From the NCBI RefSeq assembly GCF_009914755.1, contig NC_060941.1: a stretch of 64,000 nt of DNA; one strand, written 5' to 3'. Source of the stretch: the human T2T-CHM13v2.0 reference genome, Homo sapiens. The notes beneath the pieces were generated by a model, which saw nothing but the letters and a program-made list of their open reading frames with translations, was not told the DNA's origin and did no database searches. Both the position numbers and the translations under genes were made by a program. Positions 46,646 to 61,551 of the stretch are shown one piece after another (positions within the stretch are counted from its first letter, which is position 1; each line of letters opens with the position of its first letter).

Positions 46646-47472
46646 AAGACTTTCAAGAAAAACAAAAGAAGAAAGGAGAAAGATATTTTTAAATAAACAC
46701 TGAGACTATACTAACAGCAAACTCTCATTAAAGCAACTTCTAAAGGATGAATTTGAAGACTAAAGAAACAGACTCCAACACAATGTCTAGGTGACAAATA
46801 GGAGGAACAAAGAAGTTGTTGAACATGAAGATAAACATAAAGCCAACGTTGATATGTCTTAGAAAACTCAGATACAGTGGTCTTAACCTCACAATGGCCT
46901 ATTCTGTCATGTGAAAGACTTAGTCACTTTCATTCTGCTCTGCAATACCAGGCTTCTGGCAGCCAATAAATTCATCCAAATCCAGACAACAGGGGGAGAA
47001 AAAGGCACAAAAAGTCTTGCTTTTATAAAAAGGCTTCCATAAAATTCCACATAATACTTTCACTCAATGTTTGGCTATAATTTAGTGATATTGGCACTCC
47101 TAGAAGCAAGGGAATCTGGAAAATGTAGTTACTTAAATATCACAGGAATTAGATTCATTTAAAAGGGGAGAAAATGAGAGTACAACTGCAGTCTCTGCCA
47201 CATATCTATTGGTAAGTTTTAGTAAACAGTTAATAAACTAATCACTTCAGTTTTATACAAATTATCTCGGAAATATGAAAAACATAAATACTCTGCAAAT
47301 TGTTTTATGAGAATAGTATGACCTTAATTACCTAAACCAGACAAGTATAGGATAGGAAATGAAAATTACTAGCCAGGTTCACTCATGAATATAGATAAAT
47401 AAAATATTAGCAAATTAATTTAGTCATGTATTTTTAAGAAGAAATCCACAATAACCAGTGTGTCTCAGCAGT

Positions 47473-47814
47473 GTAGACCTGTAGGTGTGAAGCCCAAATT
47501 GCCCTTAAAGAAAATCTTTGTTTAAGATCTGTTTGGAGTATTGTGAAAAGATGTCTTTCAGCAGAAGCCCCTTCAGGGGCTGTTCCAGCTTCAGAGTGAT
47601 AACTTGTCCAAGGTCATGCCCTTACAGGAATGACATTACACCTCATGGGCAGCTGAAGCTATAAGGTCTGCATCAAAGCCAGACCTCCCCATTAGCGTAA
47701 TCCTACTATTTCCCCATCCATTCCATTGGTATTGGTCTTAAGAATATCCCTAATAAATATCCTGCAAACTGAAACTTCTCCGAGTCTGCTCCCTTTGGGA
47801 CCTAACTTGTAACA
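47473..47814 (+). mobile_element. Old ERVL-type LTR (LTR16-like)
   Basis: Ends ccctaataaatatcctgca...gagtctgctccc...acctaacttgtaaca. Confidence 0.5.
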
Positions 47815-48241
47815 CCCAGAAATGCAAAGATGGTTTACGACCAGAAGATCCATTGATATGATTCACCACATTAACAGATTGACAGGGAAAAAAAAAGCAT
47901 TTGATTGTTTCATTAAATGGAGATAAATGGTTCAATACAATTAAATATCTATTTATGATAAGAACTCTTAACAAGCTTGGAATAAAAAAGAAAAGTCTTT
48001 AACCTGATAAATAAAGGTATTTGCACTTAACTGCACTGCCTAAGACTTCCAGCACAATGCTGAATAAGAGTAGTGAGAGTGAACATCCTCCTTGCCTTCT
48101 TCATGATCTTTAGGGAAAACTATTGAGTGATCACGGTTAAGTATAATTTTATATGTAGGCTTCTTATAGATGTGCTTTATCAAACTGAGACAATTTCTAT
48201 TTTTTGAGAATCTTAATTATGAATATATTTTGAGTTTTGCC

Positions 48242-48545
48242 TTTTTTTTTTTTTTTTTTTTTTGAGATGGAGTCTCACTGTTTTGCCCAGGCCGGAGTGC
48301 AGGGGCATGGTCTCAGCTCACTGAAACCTCCACCTCCCTAGTTAAAACGATTCTCTTGCCTCAGCCTCCCAAGTAGCTGGGATTACAGGCACGTGCCATT
48401 ACGTCTGGCTAATTTTTGTATTTTTAGTAGAGACGGGGTTTCACCATGTTGGCCAGTTTGGTCTCAAACTCTGACCTAAAGTGATCCATCCACCTCGGCC
48501 TCCCAAACTGCTGGGATTACAGGCGTGATGTGCCGTGCCCACCTG
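48242..48545 (-). mobile_element. AluS
   Basis: Poly-T, full dimer; TSD gagttttg(c/t)c at 48232-48241 and 48546-48555. Confidence 0.9.
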
Positions 48546-49692
48546 GAGTTTTGTCAAATGCTCTTTCTGCATCAATTTATATAATCAATGATTTTTCTTC
48601 TATAGCCTCTTATAAAGGTGAATTACATTGACTAATTTTTAAATATTAAACCATACTTAAATGCTTGGAATAAATTTTACTTTGTCATAGTTCATATTTG
48701 TATATCTGAACCCTATTTGCTGATTTTTTATGGACATGCATCTATTTTCATGAAGGATATTTGTTGTAATTTTTATTCTTTGTATTGTGTTTGCCTGGTT
48801 TGGGAATAAGAGTAACATTAGACTCATAAAATAAATTAGGAATTGTTTCCTTTTCTTCTATTTTCTGGAATAGATTATATAGAATTGGTGTTAATTCTTC
48901 TTTAAACATTTGGTAAAATTCTCCTGTGAGACCATCTGGGTTTGTTGGTTTCTTTTTTGTGAGTTTTTTAATTAGGCATTAAATTTTCATAATAGTCATA
49001 GGGCTATTAAATTTTTTATTTCTTTTTTGGTAAATTATGACAATTTGTGATTTTTGAGGAACTTTAAGTCATCAAATTATGTGTTTAGATGTATAGCTTG
49101 TTCATAATGTTCTCTTGTTATCCTTTTAATATATACACGATCTGTAGTTATATCTCCTGATTCATTCCTGATACTATAATTTCCGTCTTTTCTCTTTTTG
49201 TCAGTCATCTTAGATGCTCATCAATTGTACTGGTCTTTTCAAAGAACCAGATTTTTATTTCATTAATTTTCTTTATGATATTTCTGTTTTCAATTTCACT
49301 GATTTTGCTTTTACTTTTATTATATCTGGCCGTCTGTTTGCTTTAGTTTTATGTTGCTATTTTTTCCTCGATTCTTCAGGTGGAAGCTTAAATTATTGAT
49401 TTGAGTGATTCCCCTTTTCTCATGCATGCATTTTGGTTGAGCAAAGCTTCAGTTGTGGCCCACAGTTTTTAATATGCTTTACTTTCATTTTCACTTAGTT
49501 CAAAGTATTCTTTTTTTAAATTTTCTTTGAAACTTCCTTGTAAACTTAGGAAATGCAGGTGTGCTATTTAGTTTTTAAGTGTTAGCAGATTTTTCTGTTA
49601 AGTTATTGATTTCTAATTTGATTCCACCGTGCTTGGAGAACATATCCTACATGATTTCAATTCTTTTAAAATTGTATAAGATTTGTTTTATA

Positions 49693-50010
49693 GGCCGGGT
49701 GCAGTGGCTCACACGTGTAATCCCAGCACTTTGGGAGGCTCAGGCAGGCGGGTCATGAGGTCAGGAGATCGAGACTACCTGGCTAACACAGTGAAACCCA
49801 ATCTTTACTAAAAACGCAAAAAAATTAGCCAGGCGTGTTGGCAGGCAGCTGTAGTCCCAGCTACTTGGGAGGCCGAGGCAGGAGAATGGCATGAACCCAG
49901 GGGGCGGGAGGCAGAGCTTGCAGTGAGCTGAGATCCTCCCACTGCACTCCAGCCTAGGTGACAGAGTGAGACTCCATCTCAAAAAAAAAAAAAAAAAAAG
50001 AAAGAAAAAA
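49693..50010 (+). mobile_element. AluY
   Basis: gagatcgagac, cctggctaacac, gagcttgcag; flanking tttgttttat repeat. Confidence 0.9.
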
Positions 50011-51952
50011 GTTTGTTTTATGACCCAGTATATGGTCTGTCTGTATTGGGATATGTCCTGTGGACCCTTGAAAAGAATGTATATTCTGATGTTGTTGGGT
50101 GGAATGTTCCATACATTTTGATTAGATCATATTGTTGATGGTGTTGTGGAGTGCTTTTGTATTCCTAATGATTTCTTGTCTAGTTATTCTATCAAATGTT
50201 GAGAGAAGGTTGTTGTAGTGTCCAATAATAATTGTGTATTTTTCTATTTCTTCTTCCAGTGCTATCAATTTTTGCTTTATGTAATTTGCAGCTCTGTTGC
50301 TTCGTGCAGAAACATAAAAACTTACTATATCATTTTGGTTACTGAAAAATTTATCATTATATAATGTCACACTGTCTCTGATAATTTTCTAGGCTATGAA
50401 GACTACTTTATTTAATATTAATATAGCCTGTTTTCTCTTGATTGATGTTTACATGATATATCTTTTTCCATCCTCTTATTTTCTATTTGCTTATATTGTT
50501 CTATTTGGAGTGAATTTCTTACAGACAGCATATATCAGATAATTTTTAAAATTTACTCTTATGATCTCTGCCTTTATTTGGTACATTTAGGCCATTTATA
50601 TTTAATTTTTGATATAATAGAGTTGAAGTCTGCTGTTGTATTTTACTTTCCTGTTTGATCTCTTTTTATTACTTCTGTTTTCTTTTCTTGCTTTCCTATG
50701 GGTTACTTGAGCAATTTCATTTTTACTTTTTTGTAGTGTTTTTATGTGTATTTCTTTATATAGTTTTTTTTCTCTTTTAGTGGCTTTTCTAAATAATACA
50801 TAATGTATACATAATTTACCAAGCATACTATAATCACTCTACTAGTTCAAGTGAAATGTAGAAACCTTAACTCTGTCTAGGTCCCTTTATTCTCACACAT
50901 TTAATATATAGCTGTTTTAAATATTTTCTCTATGTACATTTAGAGGCAGTCAGTGTTATGATTTTGTTTCAACCATCAGGCATAATTTGGAAAAACACAG
51001 GAAGAGAAGAGACACCTATTATATTTACCCATGTTTTTGCTTAATATATTATTTCTTTTTTCTTGATGCTCCAGTGATCCTTCTTTTATCATGTCCATTC
51101 CGTTTAAAGAAGTTCCCTTATATACTACTTTAGAGTGGCCTGATGATGGACAAAGTATCTTAGATTTCTTTCATTCCAGAATGTCTTCATATTGTCTTCA
51201 TGCTTTTATTGATTTTGCTTTGTATGGGGCTCTGAGTTGACAGTTTTTTTCTCTCAACACTTAAAAAGTAATGTGCCACTTCCTTCTGGCCTCCATTATT
51301 TTTGATGAGAAACTCATTGTCATTTGAATTGTCTTCCCCTGTGGATAAAGAGTCTTTTTTCCTCTGGCTAATTTTAAGATTTCTTTTCTTTAGTTTGGTA
51401 TCTAATTACATTGTTCTTAGCATGAATGTCTCTGAGTTTATCTTGTTTAGGATTTCCACAGATTCTTGAATGTGTAAGTTTATATGTTTTTCCAATTTGG
51501 AAAAATATTCATTCATTATTTTTTAGCATACTTTTTGAGGGCTGCCCTCCTTTTTCTCTTTTTCTTGGATTCTGATGACATGTTAGACCTATTGTTACAG
51601 TCTTGCAGGTCTCTAAGGTTGTATTCTCCTTTTCTTTCAGTCTATTTTCTTTCCATTGTTTATATAAGAATTACAATTGTTCCATTTTCCAGTGTGTTAA
51701 TTCTTTCCTCTGACTCCTCCATTCTGCTATTGAGATGATCCACTGAGCTTTTTATTTTGGTTATCTTATTTTTTATTCTAAAATTTCCATTTGATTCTTT
51801 TTTATATTCTCTATTTTTTTTCTGAGACATTCTGTTTTTTTATTTGTCTCAACCATGTTTGTAACTGCATCCTGTAGCACAGTCATGATGACTGCCTTAG
51901 AGTATATGACAGAAGACAATTCTGATATCTCTCCCACCTTAGTGTTGCCATC

Positions 51953-54229
51953 TGTATTAGTCTGTTTTCATGCTGCTGATAAAGACATATATGAGACTGG
52001 GAAGAAAAAGTGGTATAATGGACTTACAGTTCCACATGGTTGGGGAGGCCTCACAATCATGGTGGAAGGCAAGGAGGAGCAAGTCACATCTTACATGGAT
52101 GGTGGCAGGCAAAGAGAGCTTGTGCAGGGAAACTCCCATTTTTAAAAACATCAGATCTCGTGAAACTCATTCACTATCACAAGAACAGCCAAGAAAAGAC
52201 ACCCCCCCATAATTCAAGCACCTCCTATCAGGTTCTTCCCACAATACTTGGGAATTGTGGGAGCTACAATTCAAGATGAAATTTGGGTGGGGACATACCC
52301 AAACCATGTCATTCTTCTCCTGGCCCCTTCCAAATCTCGTTTGCTCATATTTCAAAACCAATCATGCCCTCCCAACAGGACCCCCAAAATCTTAATTCAT
52401 TTCAGCATTAACTTGAAAGTTGACAGTCCAACATCTCATTTGAGACAATGCAAGTCCCTTCCACTTACAAGCCTGTAAAATCAAAAGCAAGTTAGTTACT
52501 TCTAGATACAATGGGGTACAGGCATTGGGTAAATACAGCCATTCTGAATGGGAGAAACTGGACAAAACAAAGGGACTACAGGCCCCATGCAAATCCAAAA
52601 TCCAGCGAGGCAGTCAAACCTTCAAGTTTCAAAATGATCTCTTTTGACACCATGTCTTGCATCCGGGTCACGTTGATGCAAGAGGTGGGTTCTCAAGGTC
52701 TTGGGCAGCTCCACGTCTGTGGCTCTGCAGGGTACAGCCTCCCTCCTGGCTGCTTTCATAGGCTGATGTTGAGTGTCTGAGGTTTTTCCAGGCACCCAGT
52801 GCAAGCTGTCAGTGGATCTACCATTCTGGGGACTGGAGGATGGTGGCCCTCTTCACACAGCTCCATTAGGTGGTGCCCCAGCAGGGACTTTGTGTGGGAG
52901 CTCCAACCCCACATTTCCTTTCCACACTACCCTATCAGAGATTCTCCATGAGAGCCCCACCCCTGCAGCATACTTCTACCTAGGCATCCAGGCGTTTCCA
53001 AACATCTTCTGAAATCTAGGCAGAGATTCCCAAACCTCAATTCTTGACTTCTGTGCATTTGCAGGCTCAATACCACGTGAAAGCTGCCAAGGATTGTGGC
53101 TTGCACTATCTGAAGCCATGGCCTGACTTGTACCTTGGCCCCCTTTAGACATGACAGGAGGAGCTGGGTACGCAGGGTACCAAGTCCTTAGATTGCACAC
53201 AACATGGGGACCCCAGGCCTGGCCCATGAAACTATTTTTTCCTTCTAGGCCTCTGGGCCCGTGATGGGAGGAGCTGCCATGAAGACCTCTGATATGCCGT
53301 AGAGACATTTTTCTCATTGTCTTAGGGATTAACATATGCAAATTTCTGCAGCCAGTTTCAATTTCTCCTCAGAAAATGGGATTTTCTATTGCATTATGAG
53401 GCTGCAAATTTTCCAAAGTTTTATGCTGTTTCCCTTATGAAACTGAATGCCTTTAACAGCATCCAAGTCATCTCTTGAATGCTTTGCTGCTTAGAAATTT
53501 CTTCTGCCAGATACCCTAAATCATCTCTCTCAAGTTCAAAGTTCCACGAATCTCTAGGACCGGGGCAAAATGCCACCAGTCTCTTTACCAAAGCATAGCA
53601 AGAGTCACCCTTGCTCCAGTTCCCAACAAGTTCCTCATTTCCATCTGAGGCCACCTCAGCCTGGACTTTATTGTCCATAATGCTTATCAGCATTTTGGGC
53701 AAAGCCATTCAACAAGTCTCTAGGAAGTTCTAAACTTTCCCACATTTTTCTGTCTTCTTCTTAGCCTTCCAAACTGTTCCAGCCTCTGCCTGTTACCCAG
53801 TTCCAAAGCTGCTTTCACATTTTCAGGTATCTTTTCAGCAATGCCCCACTCTACTTGTACCAATTTACTATATTAGTCCATTTTCACGCTGCTGATAAAG
53901 ACATACTCAAGATTGGGGAGAAAAAGAGGTTTAATGGACTTACAGTTCCACATGGCTGGGGAGGCCTCACAATTATATCAGAAGGCAAGGAGGAGAAAGT
54001 CACATCTTACATGAATGGCAACAGGCAAAGAGAGAGGTTATGCAGGGAAACTCCCATTTTAAAAACCATCAGGCATTGTGAGACTCATTCACTATCATGA
54101 CAACAGTGCAGGAAAGACACACTCCCATAATTCAATTACCTCCCACCAGGTTCCTCCCATGGCACATGGGAATCATGGGAGTTACAATTCAAGATGAGAT
54201 TTGGGTGGGGACACAGTCAAACCATATCA
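51953..54229 (-). mobile_element. Complete THE1 (THE1B/C-like) MaLR provirus: LTR 51953-52311, internal 52312-53868, LTR 53869-54229
   Basis: Two ~360-bp direct LTRs, ~1.56-kb internal region, TSD CCATC/TCATC; MaLR ORF remnant EELVGNWSKGDSCY...LGYLAEEISKQQSIQ at 53421-53708. Confidence 0.93.
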
Positions 54230-56361
54230 TCATCCAATGACTATCTTCTTTCACTCAATTTGAGATCCTGGTTCTTGGTATGAAAAGTGATTTCAGTGAA
54301 ACATAGTCATATTTGCCTTATGTTATGCGGTTCTGGATTTTATTTAAACCTTTCATTTTCACTGACTTTCTCTGACACCATTCTATCAGGAAAATAGAAC
54401 ACTACCTTTTAACTATCAGGTGGAGACAGAAGTTCAGATTCACCATTTGGCCTCTCTTAACCCTGAGGCTTGGCCACTCCTTTTTACTGCTCTGTGCTCT
54501 CTATGTAGTTTCCACTGACATTATTGTGGGGGTGGTCTTTTTAGAACTATACAGTGGTAAAGGCCTCACTCTCCACTTGGTGTCCTTCAACATCACTCTA
54601 GCAGGAAGGGAGAGGGCCACTTTGTCACTGCTGAGTGCGGATAGAAGTTCAGGCTCCTCATGTGGTCTTCATTGACACTGTAAGCAGGGATCCTAATTAC
54701 TGGGCAGTTTCAAATCTCTACTTGACCTTCTCTGACACAATTGTTGCAGGGGTATTGGGGTAGATACCTCCTTACAGTCTTGCATGGGTAGAAGTCAAAG
54801 TTCTTCATACTGCCTTTGTTGGCATGTATGGGGATTTGACCACAGATTTGAGGGAATTTCCATTACCTATTACTTTATTTTAGACAGGAACAGAAATTCC
54901 CCTCATTTTCTTTGTTGTCTTGGTTTTAAATATGTTTATTTTGGAGCATAAAACCTCAGAACATATAAGTTTATTCTTCCTCTCACACATCAAAAGTTTT
55001 CCATTTCCAATTTCTTTTTACCCCATGCATTAGATTCTTATTCTACTTGCATTTGAAAACCTTAAGTGGTAGCAAAGGCTTATTAAGTGAATGGATAAAT
55101 AATAAATGTATTAATACCAAAGCGATGAGAGTGAGAAAAATCATTCTGTTATCTTTCCCAGTCCTACAATTTGAAGAAGTTTCTTAGCAATTTTTAAAAA
55201 TTTATAGAATTGCATTATTTAATTGCCATACAGCTTCAAATAGAAGTAGTACAACATAGAAAGAACTCAAGAGTTGAGAGCTGCATCCTAATTATGCCAC
55301 TGACTAACTAAATAATCCTAGGAAATTCACCTCTATGAAAACTTAATTTCTGCATTTACAAGACGGAAACAAACATCTGTCCCTTCTTACGGATTATGAA
55401 TGCTTCAATGTCCCATTAAGTGAAAAGTACCAAGTAAATCAAGTTTAATAAGCATAATAACAGGATAATCAAATTTCACACAATCTGTACTCAACAATTA
55501 ATTAGGTTCTTAGTGTGTCAGAAAGAAGAGAAATCCAATTTTTAATTGTCTCTAAGAATTATCAATTTTTAAATCCTAGAATTTAGCCTTTAACATAAGT
55601 GGCAGAATATCAACATAGTTTCATAAGAGCATGATAATAAAAGTAAAACACAATAAAATTTATTAATTTTAAGTATCTTCAAGTTACTATGTAATTCATC
55701 ACAAGTACCTAGTGATCACCATTCCTTAGGTTTCTTGTCTGCAGAAGTTCTAAAATAATATGGTCAGGATAAAGTCCAATATCTTTGTATATAAGTGTCT
55801 AGAATACTTCTAACAGCTTAGAATGAAACTCTGATTTAGGAAGAATGAATCTGAGTAGATAGTCCAACACAAATTAGGTCATAAAAATAAAACAACTGCA
55901 GGAAACTTGAAGTTGCTTGTTAAACTAGAGAAAACCATTTATTGAAATCTAATGTATGGATGTGTACCTTTAAGGTTTGTTTCTGACTTTAACTGGAGGA
56001 TTACTTTAAAATTGTTTGTTTCTCAACAGACCATATACTGAGAAACAAAATGAAATAAGCTTTTTCCTACTTCAATAGGCATGAGAAAACCTCTCTAACA
56101 CTGAGTTTTAAAATAGTTCTAATGAATATAATTATAAAAATAAAGCATTCAGATTGTATCTAGTATACCTCTCTCTCAAATAACTACCATAAGAAACAAA
56201 TAAATAGAACAAATGTTCTCAAATGTAAGGTGTGACAAATCATCTTTAATGTTTCTTACCAAACTTGTATATCAAATATTAACCCATATTATAAGTATAC
56301 ACTTGATATTCAGAATTATTATCTAGTCTTGGCTGTGTAAGTTGTTATGTCATCTGAGGAT

Positions 56362-57261
56362 TGTCAAAGATAAATTGCACTGGACAGGTTAAACAGGCTA
56401 AGGAGATTTTTAGTCAAGACAGTTGCAGTGGGAGAGAGACTGAACTGAAATAAAAATAAGGGAGAGATTGAACTGGAACAAAAGGCAGAAAAGTTTTTAA
56501 GTGCCTGTATTAATCCATTCTTAGGCTGCTATAAAGAACTACCTGAGACTGGGTAGTTTATAAATGAAAGAGGTTTAATTGACTCACAGTTCCACAGAGC
56601 TGGGGAGGCCTCAGAAAACTTACAGTCATGGTAGAAGTGAAAGCAAACACATCCCTCTTCACATGGTGGCAGGAAGGAGAAGAATGAGAGCTGAGTGAAG
56701 GGGGAAGCTCCTCATAAAACCATCAGATCTTGTGAGAACTTACTCACTATCATGAGAATAGCATGGGGGAAACTCTCCCCATGATTCAGTTACCTCCCAC
56801 TGTGTACCTCCCACGACACATGCGGATTATGGAAACTACAATTCAAGATGAGATTTGGGTGGGAACACAGCCAAACCGTATCAGTGGTTGAGTGAAGTAG
56901 CGGAAAAAGTGAGGGCAGAGGTTGGTCAATATAATTAGGCTACCTGTCTTTGCTAATAGTAGTTTATGGAAGTCAGACTCCTACCTTGGCAGAGAGACTA
57001 AGACAGAGAGGCACTATCTACCTTGATGATTATATTTCAAAAGGATGGCTCTCAGGTCCTTGAGAAAAAAATTTCCTGGATTATAAACCTGGTAAGAGGC
57101 TGGAAGAAGATTTACATCTCAAAGGGGCAGAGAAAGAATTTACAACTGCAAATTTTCTAAAGTAAATGCTCTGAGAAAAGGGAAATCAGGGGCCTACAGT
57201 CAAAGATAAATGTGTCTAAAGTTTAGTCAGCCTGAGGGAAATATTAAGGGCATCTTGGTCA
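56362..57261 (-). mobile_element. MER31-like ERV1 solo LTR interrupted by THE1D
   Basis: TG...CA with perfect TSD GGAT at 56358-56361 and 57262-57265. Confidence 0.75.
56506..56883 (-). mobile_element. THE1D-like solo LTR
   Basis: tgtattaatccattc...ggaaactacaattcaagatgagatttgggtggg...aaaccgtatca. Confidence 0.88.
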
Positions 57262-58766
57262 GGATATTATTTATTATCTCCATACTATCTGGAAAAAAGA
57301 AGAATTCAGACTTGATTAACACTAACCCAAATTGTGTTCTGTGGGAGGCAAACTTAAGACCTACGAGATGTTTCAAAAAATATTTTATTCTCAACTAATG
57401 TAGTATTTACTCTGCTAATTCACAATGTTTGTGAGCAAATTACAGGCACTATGGCGTCCTGCAGTTTAAATAAAACAAAACAAAATAAAAACACTCTAGC
57501 CTTTCCTTAAGTCAATATTTTTCAAATTGAATACCAAATCCCTGAAAAACTTACATTTCAAGAAACAGAATTAAGGATCAAATAATCCGTAATTTCCCCT
57601 TTACTTCTAAAATTCTGTTATTATATGCATTTAATAGCATTATTTTCTTGGAATACAAAAATTCATTTCTGGTTTTTGTGCGTCTTTAAATTCTTTGCTC
57701 CCCATCTCTGCACTCTAATGCAAATCCCCAGATGGATTCTTTAACGCTTCAAATGATGGAGAAATCACTACAGATTTTTAAAATTCCAAAACAGACCATT
57801 TAGTATTCAAAGTTTTCTAAAGCCAGTAGCTACTCGACTAATCATTACTTGTATCTTAGAACAAGTAAGAGGATTCCATAGAAATTCAGGGGAAAAAAAA
57901 GAATCCTAAAAACCATTACTAAGCAACAACTTTTTATGTGTAATCCTTTGATTGTTTCTTGAGAAATTTCCAAAAAAAAAAAAAAAAAAAAAATTGAAAG
58001 GAGGGAAGGGAGGAAGGGAGAAAGCAAAAGAAAGCCGTGTGTGTGCATTTATCTCCAAGGGTCCTTATTTCACTAGTTATGTAAACAAAATTTATATGCT
58101 CCTATTTATCTTACTTTCTGAAGTATCCTGAGAGTTTTAGCCTTGTAAAATCTCAGGCAGCATTTCAGCTTCAAACTTCTTATTAACCATTGCAGAGGGA
58201 GGGGTTATATACTGGGAACATTTATTTTCTTCGCTGACAGAAGTAAGTATAGAGCCAAATGGCTGAAGTTAGTTGGCAAATTTCTCACTTTATTATAACA
58301 AAGGCTAGGGAGATAGCTCCTTTGAGCCACATAATTCTAATTTTGCCAATTAGTAAGAGCAAACTGAGAAGCAAACTGGTATTGGATTTTCTTGTAAATA
58401 GTACAAATACATTATTCTACCACAGAACAGAAGATATTAATGTAGCGTTCCTTCAAGAAAATAATAGATTAAGGTCACCAATATAAATAAAATAAGCTTT
58501 ATACAATTAGCTCAGAAAGTTAGATGAAAATTTTTAAAAATGCTTTTGATTATTAAAGCATAACAGTGCTGTTAAACATATCAGTTTATGTTACTATGTG
58601 CATTGGGGTTGGTATATCTAAGACTAATGAAGAGCAAATAACTAAAATGACTTCTACTGTTACTTACCTCTGAACAGCGACGGTAGAAGACAAAAACCAA
58701 ATTACTCTGTTTTTCCCTGAGAAGTTATTCATGTTTTAACTTTTCATAAGAATCCTATCCCGTAAT

Positions 58767-58943
58767 TATAGATGTCAAAAGAAATCTCATTTCCAACCAT
58801 GAAAAGTGAATTTTGAGTCCCAAATATGCATTTTAGAAGTACAAGCTAATGTTAAGTTTACAATGAATACAGTTGCCTTAGAAGGTAATAGAATATTTTA
58901 AGTAATGTAAACATATATGTAAATAATACCATACTTTAAAAAT
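58767..58943 (+). repeat. ~177-bp segment duplicated at 62126-62302 (probable donor)
   Basis: Direct comparison of both copies shows only scattered substitutions. Confidence 0.93.
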
Positions 58944-61551
58944 CTGTTCATTTTCTTCTAGGCTCACATATTTGTCCATTTTACATGTTTAGTACTATCA
59001 CGTACAGAACACAACACATATTATTGAGAAAAATGATGAATAATAACATAACGTGCCAAATGTTAGAGAAGTGACCTTATCTTTCGACAATTGGAATGTA
59101 TTTTCTAAAACAACCAAGAAAGACAAAAGTTCTTTTCTATAAATCCTTTAGTTTATAATCTATTTTTCATTCTAAATCTCATTTTATTTAATCTATTATT
59201 GTACTCTCAGAAAAACCTGATGTTATTCTACATAAGATAGGATATGCATATTCATGAGCCCTCATGAATTATTTGTGAAATTGAAATGAGTAAACCTTTA
59301 TCTTATAGGAAAGCAATTAAAAGCACTTGACTCACAAGATGATAAATCAAAACTGAAAATTCAGTCCTCTAAGCACACATAATTTGAAACCCTGCAATGA
59401 GAAGTAACACATTGTGCTAGATTAGACTTCCCCGTGTAAAAAAGTATATTTAAAATATTAAAGCTACTATTCTAGATCATAAAACATTCCAGTGTGGGTA
59501 AAGGTATAGCACATTTTAAAAAGCTAAGCTGATGGGTGATTTAAAGTCCTTTTGGACAACATATTATCTTCTGACATAGCTGCTTTCTGAAAACCTAAAA
59601 GGTTTTATATTTTTATTGAAATGCCTAGGTAACACTGAGAACCAAGAAGATTCCTCCCTCAGGCAAGAAGAGTTTAAATTTACTCAAGCTGCATAGTAGA
59701 AATTAACAAGTGATGCAGAGCACAATTATCTTTCTATTGCATACTGTACGCTAGTTTAATAATCAAATGATACATAAAGTTGTCAAAAAGCAGTGAATTT
59801 AAAAACAGGAATATATAATTTAAGTAAATGCACTGTAAAAAAACATTGATTATATAGTATTCTATGTGGAAAAAACTCAAAGCTACACTGTAAGGTTAAA
59901 ATTTTATATAAACTAGTTTAGCAAATGGTATTCTAATAACTTCCCAACCTGGCAATATATTTTTCTTTCTTTTTCTCTGCTCATGAGTATGTACAGAGGT
60001 GATTTTTTTTAAACATGAAAAACATAGATTTTATGTAAATGCACACTACTCCTGGGAAAACCCTTCGGGTCTTCTTATTGTCCTATTGCCAATTACATCT
60101 TAGTGATATTTCTCTATAGCATTAATTGTCATTGTTTAATATTCTGTTTGAAATATTCTCAGATCTTCTTTCCAAGTGTTTGTGTCCAAGTCTCTGTGTC
60201 CATTTTAAGATACTTCCAGGATCTGAATTATGTTGTTAATTTCTTTTATGTTGCCTCTTTCTTTTTTCCTAACAAACTCTTTCCTGCTCAAACCTCCTAT
60301 CATCTTGAAAAACAAAAATCCTGCCTTGTTCAGAAAGCTTCATATAATGAAAGTGTATTTATTTTTACCAGCTTCATCAAGCAAGCCTTCACTAAATATC
60401 GATATTTTATGTGAGCATTATAGCTTAAGACAGTTTGCTCTACTTAAGACTTTTTTATTTTATAAAAATGGGAAAAGATATGAGAAATCAATTGAAATTA
60501 GACAAACTTAAAAACACCTTGGTATATTGGGGAGATAAAAACCTTGTAATTAGGTTCAGAATCATGGTACTACTAGGTCTCAAGAGACCTGAGTCACTAG
60601 ATTTTTAAAACCTCAGTTTCATCATTTATTAAGTGATACACTAAAGCTTAAATAAGGCAATATATAGCTAGCAATTTATATTGTAGAGTACTATGAAATG
60701 TAAGGAAGCATTATAAGACAGAATGCATTATTGCTAAATGACAGCTGAGATAGTGGAGCCATCTTATCTCAACACTAGATGCTGTAGATGTTGACGCTGT
60801 TTATTCCTAGCAATTCATAGATGGATAATAAAAGAACATTACATTCACAACATGGAAATAATTGACTAACAAGACGATAAGAAGAGAGTAGACCTAGATG
60901 CTCTTGGCTTTAGGCATGAAATTCCCACATACCTGGAAGACCAAGGCCACTTCTCCACAAATCTGTCTAATTCTGAAAACGAATCCACTCAGCGTTTCAT
61001 AATCTATTAATCAAATTTAAGTTACTTTGTACTGTTGGAGAAGAAAAATACATTTCCCCTGAGTTCATAAAGTATTCTTTTCAGGAGAGAGCATTTTCTT
61101 GATGTTATAATTAATGTAGTCTGCCTGCTGTAGCTATTCAAACATTCTTTTATTCTATTTTTTGCCCCATGGCATTTCTCTGACTACTGTTTTGTACATT
61201 ATGGGTAAGATACATTGCATAAGACTGCATACTCATAAAAACATGGATTTTTTTTTATCATACTTTTAGCCTTACTTCATGTTCTGTATCTAATTTGTCT
61301 AAACTTATGGTGTAACCTCAATTTTTCTCCAAGGCATTCAACATTATTTGCAAAAAGATTCAGTTAGATTTATTGCTATAGGAACTCACAAACTGAATAA
61401 TATGAGCAAAAATAAATCACTTCAGGGTTATTTAAATCTTAGTGCATTTGCTGTACAACTGTATGTAAAGAACTGTTCTGGGGGTTGGACACACAGAGAA
61501 GTGTTGACCATCTCTGCCCATGATGAGTTTACAATCCAGTAGTTTAGACAT

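Larger units (their letters stand above)
45620..48020 (+). mobile_element. Old L1M ORF1/ORF2 fragments with nested Alu and old LTRs; (CA)n at ~45783-45821
   Basis: gaggagagaattagtaaactgg, ccagattcaggaa, aatggaatgatatctttgaagtgc, ctaaaccagacaag; boundaries approximate. Confidence 0.55.
48028..51950 (-). mobile_element. Old L1M (ORF2 to ORF1), antisense, with two Alu insertions
   Basis: aagacttccagcacaatgctgaataagagtagtgagagtgaacatcc; minus-strand ORF 50122-50370 resembles the L1 endonuclease region (YIKQKL...TIIIG.YN.LLS.FDR). Confidence 0.75.

Noticed and set aside
48000-48050. L1 orientation switch as an inversion breakpoint
   Set aside because: Best explained by two independent old L1M fragments meeting; no shared TSD or continuity shown
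58655-58680. Minus-strand splice donor CAGAG/gtaagta (also CCAG/gtaagt near 34225-34235)
   Set aside because: No convincing paired acceptor or reading frame; such motifs occur by chance, though a lncRNA exon cannot be excluded without RNA data
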